From Isurus oxyrinchus (Eukaryota), in assembly GCA_026770705.1 (NCBI GenBank), contig JANJGN010000075.1:248001-312000 (forward strand): a DNA stretch of 64,000 nt, in the 5' to 3' direction. A program made the translations under genes and the position numbers. The notes below the pieces were generated by a model, which was given only the letters and a program-made list of their open reading frames with translations, was not told the origin of the DNA and made no database searches. Below, one piece after another: positions 13,788-24,828 of this stretch (the stretch's first letter is position 1; each line of letters starts with the position of its first letter).

Positions 13788-14093
13788 ACAGTTATGTTAG
13801 GGAGGGAGTTCCAGTATATTGTCCGTTTGGTGTAGGTACACCCATGGCGCTGTTAGGGAGGGAGTTCCAGGATTTTGTCCTTGTGGTGCAGGTACACCCA
13901 TGGCGCTGTTAGGGAGGGAGTTCCAGGATTTTGTCCCTGTGGTGTAGGTACACCCACGGCGCTGTTAGGGAGGGAGTTCCGGGATTTTGTCCGTGTGGTG
14001 TAGGTACACCCACAGTGCTGTTAGGGAGGGAGTTCCGGGATTTTGTCCGTGTGGTGTAGGTACACCCACAGTGCTGTTAGGGAGGGAGTTCCA
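13788..14093. repeat. 56-bp minisatellite, about 5.4 copies, derived from a LINE 3' region
   Basis: Unit gctgttagggagggagttccaggattttgtccgtgtggtgtaggtacacccacggc, period 56 (13851, 13907...). The same sequence occurs once in the LINE at about 22477-22535. Confidence 0.92.
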
Positions 14094-15474
14094 TGTGTGG
14101 AGGCGGGGCATTTGCACTTCGAAACTACCCGCCTTGCTGTATTACTGTAATCCATTGGATTCCAGGGCAAGAGGTGCAAAACGGGGAAGGTCTGAATAAA
14201 TCGTCTCTCCTGGTCCGGAACAGACACAGAGTGAATAAAGGCATACAAGATGTAAAAAATTAATTCCGCCCAATAAAATTTGGGTGTTTCCAATGTTTTT
14301 TTGCCTGGGATAATGAGTCAGATGCACCAGCCTAGCGCCCGCCGCAAATTTCAATCCCCGTTGCAGCGTTCACCCTCGATCAGCCCGTGCCCAGATGCAG
14401 CCACCCAGTGACTGAACCTCCTCGAGACTGGCAAATAGCAGAGCCTGCACTGGCTATGAGGCGCCAGCAGATGGCAGCAATGGAACACTTTAATCTCAGG
14501 GAAGTTTCTCCAACCTGTGGAGAGTTAAACTTTAATTTTCCATCTCCCCAATTTAGGCATATACTGGGCGAATATGTGGAGATTATAACTGTGGTTTAAA
14601 TTCAACATTTACAGTGGGGGTTGGGGGTGGGGGAGTTTGAACGTGTGGAGATTACATTTGCGTCTTCAAATAAAAATTACCAGTGTGTTGTGGGGTGAAG
14701 GTGTGGAATTATATTTGAGCCTTTAACAGCTCCAAAACTAATGGAGTTATGGGTGACACGCTTTGTGTTAATTCTGGGGAGGGGAAGATTCACCTGTTTC
14801 ACCAGAATCGACGCCGGGTTTTAGAAAGTGAGACTTTCGCTGACAATTCTGTTGGAGACATTGGATGAGGTTTAGAACTGGTGGGGCAAATAGATTGGGG
14901 TGGGGGAGGGGCTGCGTGGCGGGGGGTGGGGTGGGGGCTGGCGCTGCAAAAGTGCAGGTGGGGCATTTGTATTTCGACTTTACCCGTCTGGCTGTATCAC
15001 TGTAACCCACGGGTTCACAGGACAAGAGCTGCAAATTGGGAAAGATCTGTATAAATCTTCTCCCCTTGTCTGGCATAGACACAAGGTGTGTTTGTTCCTG
15101 TGATAATGAATCGGCATGAGAAATGTTGTAAATTATCCTGCGAATGTATTCATTAGAAACCATTAGCAAGATGAAGTGTTTGGGTTTAAACATTGACAAT
15201 GTCTTGCAGGGGATTTACAGAGCCCAGCAAAGTTATCCTGACACTGACAGCAGTGTGTGAAACCTACAGCAAACGTCCACATTCAGCCTGGAATAATCCT
15301 CCAAACACCATCTCCAGACAACGTCTCCAATGGGGAAAGCAGCAGATCTCATGGGCAGTGCCTGCTACTAAAGAGGCGAATGCGCCAGTCGAGCGGCGAC
15401 TGCAAATTTCAATTCCCTTTGCTGCATTCCCGCCCCATCAGCCTGTGCCCAAACCAAGCCAGCCAGTGATTGAA

Positions 15475-15576
15475 AGTTCTGTCGAAGGGTCATGAGGACT
15501 CGAAACGTCAACTCTTTTCTTCTCCGCCGATGCTGCCAGACCTGCTGAGTTTTTCCAGGTAATTCTGTTTTTGTTT
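15475..15576 (+). mobile_element. Penelope-like element 3' terminal fragment with minimal hammerhead-ribozyme motif
   Basis: Matches the terminus of the GIY-YIG element at 28981-29075. Flanked by 11-bp duplication cagtgattgaa (15464-15474, 15577-15587). Confidence 0.85.
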
Positions 15577-18500
15577 CAGTGATTGAACCTCTCTGAGACA
15601 GGTAAAGAGCAGTGCCTGCAGTAGCTGTGAGCCGCCAGCAGATGATAGTATTTGATCACTTACTAATCAGGAAAGTTGCTCCAACTTGTGGAGAGTTAAA
15701 CTCTCACTTCCCATCTTCCCCATTATCAATTTACTCATTTACTGGGGGGGGGGGGGGGGGGGGGAGAAGGGGGAAGGTGAATTTGTGGAGATTATATTTG
15801 GGATATTAATAAAACATTTATTTGTGTGTGGGGGGGAGGGGCTAAGGTGTGGGGATAATATTTGGGGCTTCAACTGCTCCAAAAATAATAAGGGGAATCA
15901 TTGAGACTCTGTGTGTTTATTGTGCATTTGGGAAGATTCACGTCTTTCACCAGAGTCAACGCCGCGGTTTGGAAACGGGGACTATCGCAGACAACTCTGC
16001 TGGAGACTTTGGGTGAGGTTGGAACTGGTGGGGTAAAATGTTTGGCAGGTGCCAACAGTGGAGGTGGGGCATTTGTATTTCGATTCTGCCCGTCTGGCTG
16101 CATCGCTGTAATCCACAGGTTCACAGGACAGGAGGCGCAAAATGGGAAAGGTCTGTTTAAATGTTCTCTCCAGGTCAGGCACAGACACAGGGTGAATAAA
16201 GGCGGTAAAAATTAAATTCTGCCCCATTAAATGTGGGTGTTTCCAATGTTTTTTCCTGGGGTAAAGAACCAGTGTGAGAAATGGAGAAAATTATTCTGGG
16301 AATGTAGTCATTGGAAAGCTTTAACAAGATGCAGTGTGTGTCAGTGGAGCAGGGGAGAGGGAGGAGGTGCGGGCGTGGTGGTTAAACAATTACAATTTCT
16401 TTCAAGGGATTTAGAGATCTCAGCCTAACACTGGGAGCAGTGTTTGTAATCTGCACCAACCGTCCACATTGCAGCCTGGAATAATCCCCCCAAACACCAT
16501 CTCTAGACAATAACTCCAATGGGGAAAGAGGAGCAGAGCTCATGGGCAGTGTCCGCTGCTAAAGGTTCGAATGCAACAGGCGAGTGCCCGGTGCAAATTT
16601 CAATCTCCTTTGCAGCATTCACCCTCCATCAGCCTGTGCCTAGATCCAGCCACCCAGTGACTGAACCTGTCTGAGACTGTCAAAGAGCAGCGCCTGCAGT
16701 AGCTGTGAGCCGCCAGCAGAGGATGGCATTCGATCACTTTCATCCCAGGAAAGTTTCTCCAACCTGTGGAGAGTTAAATTTTCACTTTCTGTCTCCCTAA
16801 TTTATTCATTTACTGTGAGAGGGTGAATGTGTGGAGCTTATAATTGTGGCTTAATAAAATATTTACTGGAGGCTTGAATGTGTGGAGATTGCATTTTAGG
16901 TTTATTAAAACAATTACGGTGGGGTGGAGGTGAATGTCTGGAGATTATATTTGCGTCTTCATAAAACATTTACTGGTGGGTGGGGTGAAGGTGTGGAATT
17001 ATATTTGTGGCTTTTACAGCTCCTGAAGTAATAGAGATATCATCTAGAAACTGTGTGTTTATTGTGCGGTGGGGAAGATTCACATCTTTCACCAGAGTCA
17101 ACGCTGGATTTTCGAAAGGAAGACTCTCGCTGAAAATTCCTTTAGAGATTATGGGTGAGGAATAGAACTGGAAGGGTGAATATGTTGAGGCGGGGTGGGC
17201 GGGAAGTGGAGGTGGGGCATTTGTATTTCGACTGGCTGTATCACTATAATCTGCAGGTTCACAGGGCCAGAGCTGCAAAATCAGAAAGGCCTGTATTATT
17301 CCTCTCTACTGGTCTGGCACAGACACAGGGTGAATAAAGGTGGTAAAATGTAAAAATTACATCCCGTTCCATTCAATGTGGTTGTTTCGACTGCTTGTTT
17401 CTGTGATAAGAAATGGGGTGAAAATTTGAGAAAAATTTCCTGGAAATGTATTCATCAGAAACTTTTACCAAGATGAAGTGTATGGGGTTAAACATTGACA
17501 ATGTCTTTCTGAGGATTTACAGAGCACAGCAAAGTTATCCTGACACTGGGACCAGTGTCTGTAATCGGTACCAAATGGCCACATTCCAGCCTGGAAGAAT
17601 CTCCCAAACACCATCTCCAGACAATATCTGCAATGGGGGAAGAAGAGCTGATCTCATGGGCAGTGTTCGCTGCTAAAGGGGCGAATGCAGCAGTCGATCG
17701 TCCGCTAGAAATTCCAATTCCCTTTGCAGCGTTCACACCCCATCAGCCTGTTCCCAGACGCAGCCAACCAATGACTGAACCTCTCTGAGATTGGCAAAGA
17801 GCAACGCCTGCAGTAGCTGTGCTCGGCCGGCAGATGGTGGCATTGGATCACTATCATCTCCAGAAAGTTTCTCCAACCTGTCGAGAGTTAAACTTTCACA
17901 TTCCATCTCCCCAATTATCGGTTTCTTCATCTAATGGGGGAGGATGCATGTGTGGAGATTATATTTGAGGTGTTAATACATCATTTACTTGGCGGGCGGG
18001 TGAATGTGTGGAGATTTTATTTGGGATTTTGATAAAAAAAAACATTTACTGGGCCCTGGATGAATGTGTGGAGATTATATTTGGGGATGTAACACCTCCA
18101 AAGATAATGGAGGTATCTTTGTGACTCTGTGTGTTTATTGTGCGTTGGGGAAGATTCACCTGCTTCACCAGAGTCGACGCTAGTTTTGCAAAGGGAGATT
18201 CTCATTGACAATTTCGTTAGCGGCTCTGGGTGAGGTTTAGAACTGGCGGGGTAAATGGGCGGGGGCAGGGTGTCAGGAGTTGGGGTGGGACATTTGTACT
18301 GCAACTCCGCCCGCCTGCCAGTATCACTGTAACCCGCAGTATGAAAGGGCAAGAGCTGTAAAATGGGAAAGCTCTGTTTAAATCTTCTATCCTTGTCCTG
18401 CACAGACACAGGGTGAATTAAGGTGATAACAATGAAAAAAATTAAATTCCGCCCCATAAAATATGGGTGTTTCCAATGATTGTTGCTGGGATAATGAGTC

Positions 18501-19980
18501 GTTGCACCTGCCGCGCGCCCGCTGCAAATTTCAATGCCCTTTACAGCGCTCACACCCCCATCAGCCTGTGTCCAGATCCAGCCACACAATGACTGAACCT
18601 CTCCGAGAATGGCAAAGAGCAACCCCTGCAGTAGCCATGAACCGCCAGCAGATGGTGGCATTGGATCACTTTCATCCCAGGAAAGTTTCTCCAACCTGTG
18701 GAGAATTAAATTTTCACTTTCCATCTCCCCCATAATCAATGTATTCATTTACAAGGGACGGGTGAATGTGTGGCGATTATATTTGGGTTTTTAATAATCC
18801 ATTTATTGGTTGGGGAAGGGGGCGGGTGGTGAAGATGTGAGGATAATATTTGGTGCTTTAACAGCTCCAAAAATAATGAGGGGAATCAATGAGACTCTGT
18901 GTGTTTATTGTGCGGTGGGGGATGATTTGCCTGTTTCACCCGAGTCGACATCAGTGTTCGAAAGGGAGACTCGCTGACAACTCTGTTAGAGAATTTTGGT
19001 GAGGTTTAGAACCGGCGGTGTAATATGTATAGGGGTGCGGCGGTCAAGAGTGGAGGTGGGGCATTTTCACTTCAAATCTGCCCGCCTGGCTGTATCACTG
19101 TAACCCACAGGATCACAGGACAAGAGCTGCAAAATGGGAAAGGTCAGTATAAATCTTCTCTCCTTACTCGGCACAGAGACAAGGTGAATAAAGGCGGTAA
19201 AGATGTAAAAAGTAAATTGCGCTCGATTAAATGTGGTTGTTTCCAACGTTTGTTCCTGGAGTAAAGAATCAGTGTGAGAAATGGAGAAAATTATCCTGGG
19301 ATTGTATTCATTAGAAACATTTATCAAGATGCAGTGTGTGTCGGTGGAGGGGGGCGGCTGGAGAGAGGGTGGGGGTGGGGTCGGGGGGTATTATGGCGGG
19401 GTGAAGGGGGTGGGGATTAACATTAACAGTGTCATGCAGAGGATTTTCTGGGTACAGCAAAGTTATTCTGACACTGGGAGCAGTGCAATCTGCACCAAAA
19501 GCCCACATTGCGCCCGGAATAATCCCCCAAACATCATCTCCAGACAATGTATCCAACGGGGAAAGTGGAGCAGAGCTCATGGGCAGTGTCCGCTGCTAAA
19601 GGGGCGAATTCACGAGCCGAGAGCCCGCTGAAAAATTCAATCTCGTTTGCAGCGTTCAAACCCCATCAGCCTGTGCCCAGACCCAGCCACCGAATGACTG
19701 AACCTCTCTGAGACTGGCAAAAAGCAGCGCCTGCAGTAGCTGTGCTCGGCCAGCAGATGATGGTATTGGATCATTTATATTCCAGGAAAGTTACTCCAAC
19801 CTGTGGAGAGTTAAACTTTCACTTTCCATCTCCGTCATTATTTGTTTATTTACTGGGGGAGGGTGAATGCGTGGAGATTATATTTGGTATTTCGATAAAA
19901 CATTTACGGGGGGGAGGGTAAAAGTGTGGAGATTATATTTGGGGATTTATCACCTCCAAAGGTAATGTAGGCATCATTGA

Positions 19981-20075
19981 AGGGTCATGAGGACTCGAAA
20001 CGTCAACTCTTTTCTTCTCCGCCGATGCTGCCAGACCTGCTGAGTTTTTCCAGGTAATTCTGTTTTTGTTTTGTT
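19981..20075 (+). mobile_element. Penelope-like element 3' terminal fragment
   Basis: Same sequence as 15486-15576; flanked by 8-bp duplication atcattga (19973-19980, 20076-20083). Confidence 0.85.
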
Positions 20076-20869
20076 ATCATTGAGACACTGTTTGTTTATT
20101 GTGTGGTGGGGAAGATTCACCTGTTTCACCAGAGTCCATACCAGTTTTCGAAAGGGAGACTCTCACTGACAAATCTGTTAAGGGTTTTTGGTCAGGTTTG
20201 AACTGGCGAGGTAAACGGGGTTTTTTTGGAGGGGGCGGGGTATGGTGGGCGGGAGGAGGGATTTGGGGTGTCAGGAGTGGAGGTGTGGAATTTTCACTTC
20301 AACCCTGCCCGTCTGGCTGTTTCACTGTAACTCACAGGATCACAGGACAAGAGCTGCAAATGGGAAATTTCTGTACAAATCGTCTCTCCTGGTCCGGCAC
20401 AGAGACAGGGTGATTAAAGGTGGTAAAGGTGTAAAAAGTCAATTCCTCCGCATTAAAATTGGGTATTTCCAATGTTTGTTCCAGGGATAAAGAGTCGAAT
20501 GCACCAGCCGAGCGACCGCTGCAAATTTCAATCCCCTTTGCAGCGTTCACTCCCCATCAGCCTGTGCCCAGACCCAGCCACTCAGTTACTGAACCTCTCT
20601 GAAACTGCTAACGCCAGACCTGTGGTTAGGACACAGAGCAGCCATTTCATGGTCGGCAAGGTTCGAAAGGCTGAATGGCCTCCTCTTCACATTGTCATAC
20701 ACTTCAACAGGTGTTTATTACTAAAGTAAGCGGCAGGATCATCTGGGGTGTGGTTCTGTGGTAGGGAGCATGATTTTGTCATGTGTGAGAACAGAGTAGA
20801 AGAGTTAATATGAGCAGGAGAAGGTCATTTGGCAAACAAGCCTGTTGCACTATCAAATAAATCGCACGA

Positions 20870-21700
20870 TCATACGAAATAAGAGCAGAAGCAGGCCATT
20901 CGGCCCCTGGATAAAATTAAATAAGGCTCTGACTGATATGTTTGTGCTTCGAATTTCAAATTCGCATGTACGTCAGAAAACCTTTGACTCCCTTGCTAAT
21001 TAGATTCTATCTACCTCCGCCTTAAAAGTATGTAGTGCCCCCCATCTCGGCCTCCATCAGAGGCAGAGAGTCCCAACCATCTCGCAGCCCTCTGAGAGAA
21101 AAAGATAATCTCCACATCTCTGCCCTAAAAGGACGACTTTGAACTTTAAAACAGGGCCCCCTGGTTCTAGACTCGCTCACCAGCAGAAGCATTACTTCCA
21201 CATTAAACATTTGCAGACAATTCAGGATCTGATGCACTTAAATCAAGCAACCCCCGACTCTTCTAAACTCCAGTGGAAACAAGCCCAGTGTGTCCAATCT
21301 TCCCTCATATGACAACCCGCTCATTCCAGCTCAAAATCTAATAAATCTCCTCTGAACCGCCTCCAACTCATGGCTGATCTTATACCCCAACACGATTTCG
21401 CTGCACTATCCGCATGTCCTCTGATGTTTTTAATATCTTGAAATCTGTTTAGAAAACACGCAATAACTGAGCCTCTGCATCCCTCTGGGAGAGAGATTGT
21501 AAATATTCATCACCCTCTGAGTGAGGGAATCCCTCCACATCTCAGTCCTTAATGGCGTGTCCCTTATTCTGAGGCGGTGTCTCCTGGTTCCAGACCCGCC
21601 AACCAGAGGAACCGTCCTTCCTGCATCGAACTTGTTGAGCCCGGTAAGAATGTTGTGTGCACCGATGAAATCACTCGAGAGAATACAGGCCCATTCCCCT
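20870..21700 (-). mobile_element. Two CR1-clade LINE 3' fragments
   Basis: ORFs 21022..21237 and 21430..21714 with SRTRG/RH-L...PFRAEM/PLRTEM..TQRVMN, the CR1 ORF2 C-terminus. Confidence 0.8.
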
Positions 21701-22314
21701 CCATCTCTCTTCATACGACAAACAGCCGTTTTCGTTGCTCTGCCTCTGTGTCACGTAAACCCTCACATCGGTCGTGAGAGCAAAACTTTACCAAAATCCC
21801 ATGTTTCCAAGAATTGATGCAATTCCCATTAGTCTTATCTACTCCAGTAAAAAAAACTTCTCTGCCACTCAAGCCCAACATACCATTTGCCTCGCTAAGT
21901 GCTCGCTGTGCTGTTATGACAGCAAAATGTAGGCAGCCACAGGCTGCCAATTGGAAAAAAACCGTGTACGGGTTATCTTAAATCCCCTCAGCTTCAGACC
22001 CAAAGGCATTGGCCACAGATCCCATTGTCAGATCAAGATCCAGAGATCCTGGACTTTTTTTGCACAGTCTCCTTGAGTTCCGGACATCCAGCCAATGTTT
22101 TCAAATGGCCCATATCTCAGTCAGAAATGTCACGCCACTGAGACAAAGGTAAACTTACCCTGCCTGTTCGTCCAGCAAAATGATACAATGGCGATAAAAT
22201 GCATTCAGATTGCAAATCATTCATGGTCTAATTTGAAGAAGAAACAAGACTGGAGCTCTAAAGGGGCCCTCTCTCCCTATCTACATTCGTTGTTTTAACG
22301 TATATCTGGTAAGT

Positions 22315-22371
22315 GCAGATTTAGCTCAGTGGTAGAGCGCATCCTTAACATGTAGGAGGCCGCCATCTCCA
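22315..22371 (+). pseudogene. tRNA-Ala-derived pseudogene lacking the T arm
   Basis: gcagatttagctcagtggtagagcgcatccttaacatgtaggaggcc-gccatctcca aligns to vertebrate tRNA-Ala GGGGATGTAGCTCAGTGGTAGAGCGCATGCTT...GAGGCC...GGCATCTCCA with the TpsiC arm missing; anticodon position reads AAC. Confidence 0.75.
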
Positions 22372-22382
22372 TGCTTTTGTCA

Positions 22383-23270
22383 CTCATGTGGGCGTCGCTG
22401 ACTCTGCCCAGCATTTATTGCCCAATCTTATTTCCCTTGAGAAGCTGGTGGTGAGCAGCCTCCTTGGACCACTGCAGTCCATGTGGTGTAGGGACACCCA
22501 GGGTGCTGTTCGGGAGGGAGTTCCTGGATTTTGACACAGCGACAGTGAAGGAACTGCCAATCTATTTCCAAGTCAGAACGGTGAGTGGCTTGAAGGGGAG
22601 CTTCCAGATGGTGGTGTCTGCTGCCCTTGTCCTTCTAGATGGTGGTGGTCGTAGGTTTGGAAAGTGCTGTCTACGGAGCCTTGGTGTGTTTCTGTGGATC
22701 ATTTTGTAGGTGGTACACATTGTTGCCAGTATTCGTTGGTGTTCGAGCGAGTGAATGATTCTGGATGTGGTGCCAAACTTGCGGGCTGCTTTGACATGGA
22801 TGTTGTCAAGCTGCTTCAGTGTTTTTGGAGCTGCACTCACCCAGGCAATTGCTTGTGCCTTACAGATAGTGGACAGGCTTTGTAGTTCAGGAGGTGAGTT
22901 ACTCGCCGCTGGATTTTCAACATCTGACCTGAGCTTTTATGGCTACTTCATCTCAGTTTCTGGTCAACTGTTACCCCCAAGGTGTTGATAGTGGGGGATT
23001 CATTAATGCTAATGCTATTGCACGTCAAGTGACGATGTTTATATTCTCTCTTCTTGCAGATGGTCACTGCCTGGCACTTCTGTGGGTTGATTCTTACTTG
23101 CCACTTGTCAACTCAAGCCTTGATATTGCCCAGGTCTTGCTGCATTTGTACATGGACTGCTTCAGTGCCTGAGGATTCATGAATGGTGCTGTACATTGTG
23201 CAATCGTAAGCGAACATCCCCAATCCTGACCTTATGATGGAAGGAAGGTCATTTATGAAGCAGTGGAAGG
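22383..23270 (-). mobile_element. LINE 3' fragment (RT C-terminus and tail)
   Basis: ORFs 22562..22840 and 23113..23415 (FINDLPSIIRS..MFAYDCT = RT FADD region); tail gcatttattgccc. Confidence 0.85.
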
Positions 23271-23449
23271 TGTTTCGGCTGAAGGCTTTCCAAATGCCAT
23301 CCAAATTGTTGATAGAACACAGGACGTGTTTCATTCCATTAACCTTAAAATGCAGGAAGACACAAAATATAGGAAATAAACAGTGGTTACAGCACAGGAA
23401 GCGGCCATTCGCCACATCATATCTGTTTTGACTCTCATTTGATTTCTCA

Positions 23450-24330
23450 AAAGAGAGAAAAAAGGAACAGCTTGGATTAAAGGACCGAAGGAATGGTTGC
23501 TAAACTTGCTGTTGGCACAAAAGTAGGTGGGAAAGTAAGTGGTGATAACGACATAAGGAGGCAACAAAGGGTTATGGATAAGACAGTCGAGTGGGCAAAG
23601 ATTTAGGAAATGATGAGAGATGCAGAGAGATCCGGGTGTTCTAGTGAATGATTCAGGCAAAAAAAATATTTATGCAGGTACAGCTAGTGTTTAGGAAAGC
23701 GAATAAAATGTTAGAATTTATTGCGATGGGATTTGAGTACAAATATAAGGAGGTCATACTTCAGTTGAACAGGGCATTGGTGAGTCTACGTGTGAAGTAC
23801 TTTGTACAGTACTGGTCTCCTTATTTATGGAAGTGTGTAAATATGTTGGAAGAAGTTCAGAGGAGGTTTACGAGACTAATGCCAGGAATGAGTGAGTTGT
23901 CTTATGAGGAAAGGCTGGACAGGCTTGGCATGCATCCACTGGAGTTTAGAAGAGTAAGAGGGGACTTTTTTGAAACATATGAGGTCTTGAGGCGTGTAGA
24001 CAGGGCGGATGTGGAGAGGGTGTTTCCCCTTGAGGGAGAATCTAGAACTATAGGTCATCCTAAGAAAATAAGGGGTCGCCCATTTAAGACAAAGGTGGGG
24101 AGAAATGTTTTTTTACTATCGGGGAGCCGTGAGACTTTGGAACTCTCTTCCTCAAAAGGCAGTGGAGGCAGAGACTTTGAATATTTTTTAAGGCAGACGT
24201 GGATAGTTTCTTGATTAACAAAGGGGTGAAAGGTTTTATCGGGCGTTGGCGGGAATCTGGGGCTTACATTATCAATCAGATCATCCGCGATCTGATTGAA
24301 TTGCAGAGCCGGCTCGACATAACGAGTGGT
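23450..24330 (+). mobile_element. CR1-clade LINE ORF2 C-terminal fragment
   Basis: ORF 23648..24214: KANKML.FI...VQYWSPYL...LEEVQRRFTRLMPG..LSYEERLDRLG...RRVRGD. Confidence 0.92.
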
Positions 24331-24769
24331 TTGCTCCGGCTCCCAATTGGGTTCCCTAATTACCCCGGGAGGATTAAGAGCAAGAGCAGGACGTTCTGTC
24401 CTAACACCTGTTCCTCCTTTCCATAAGAACATAGCTGACCTGATTTGGGTCTCAAATCCACTTCCCTGTCTGAGCCCCACCCCACCCACCCGAACCCACC
24501 CCACCCCACTCCACCCTTCTCCAACCGCACACATACCCCTCGAATCCATTGCCTATAAACAACACAGGCTCTCTTAATCAGCTTTGAACATATTCAACGT
24601 CCACTGCTCTCTGGGGAAGAGGATTCCACAGACTAACGGCCTGTCAGTGAAAATAAAATGGAGTTTTTTCACAAACAGTGACTCAGTGGCTGAAGAATCT
24701 CCAAGGGTCAATAACATTCTTCGCCTCTGTGTAGACTTCGAAATTACAGTGAAGTAAGCACGGAGATGA

Positions 24770-24828
24770 GAGATTGTAGGTTTATGGTAAAGTGAAAGCT
24801 TTGCAGGCTTCGATCCTCGGCATCTCTA
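24770..24828 (+). pseudogene. Decayed tRNA-Ala(TGC) relic with internal deletion
   Basis: gagattgtaggtttatggtaaagtgaaagctttgca-ggcttcgatcctcggcatctcta versus GGGGATGTAGCTCAGTGGTAGAGCGCATGCTTTGCA...GGGTTCGATCCCCGGCATCTCCA. Confidence 0.55.

Larger units (their letters stand above)
14095..20610. repeat. Macrosatellite, about 6.5 diverged units of roughly 0.75-1.2 kb
   Basis: Anchor ggggaagattcac near 14781, 15929, 17071, 18147, 18917, 20107 and ccaacctgtggagag near 14510, 15681, 16759, 17873, 18691, 19796. Internal sub-repeat gaatgtgtggagattatatttg. Confidence 0.92.

Noticed and set aside
13788-14093. CRISPR-like array
   Set aside because: Head-to-tail repeats without unique spacers, eukaryotic context, LINE-derived.
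15954-16012. Apparent 59-nt mini-exon (ttcaccag|...|gtgagg) in each macrosatellite unit
   Set aside because: The segment resembles a decayed CR1 RT stretch (SQHGFxKGRSCLTNLLEF-like), and frame and splice sites are not kept across units.
18017-18748. 243-aa minus-strand ORF and related ORFs in the macrosatellite
   Set aside because: No recognisable family, and frames break between units. An acceptor-like ctctccacag exists on the minus strand, but no consistent exon could be built.
14095-20610. Ig switch-like region
   Set aside because: G-rich tracts exist, but there is no dense AGCT/RGYW short repeat and no constant-region exons nearby.
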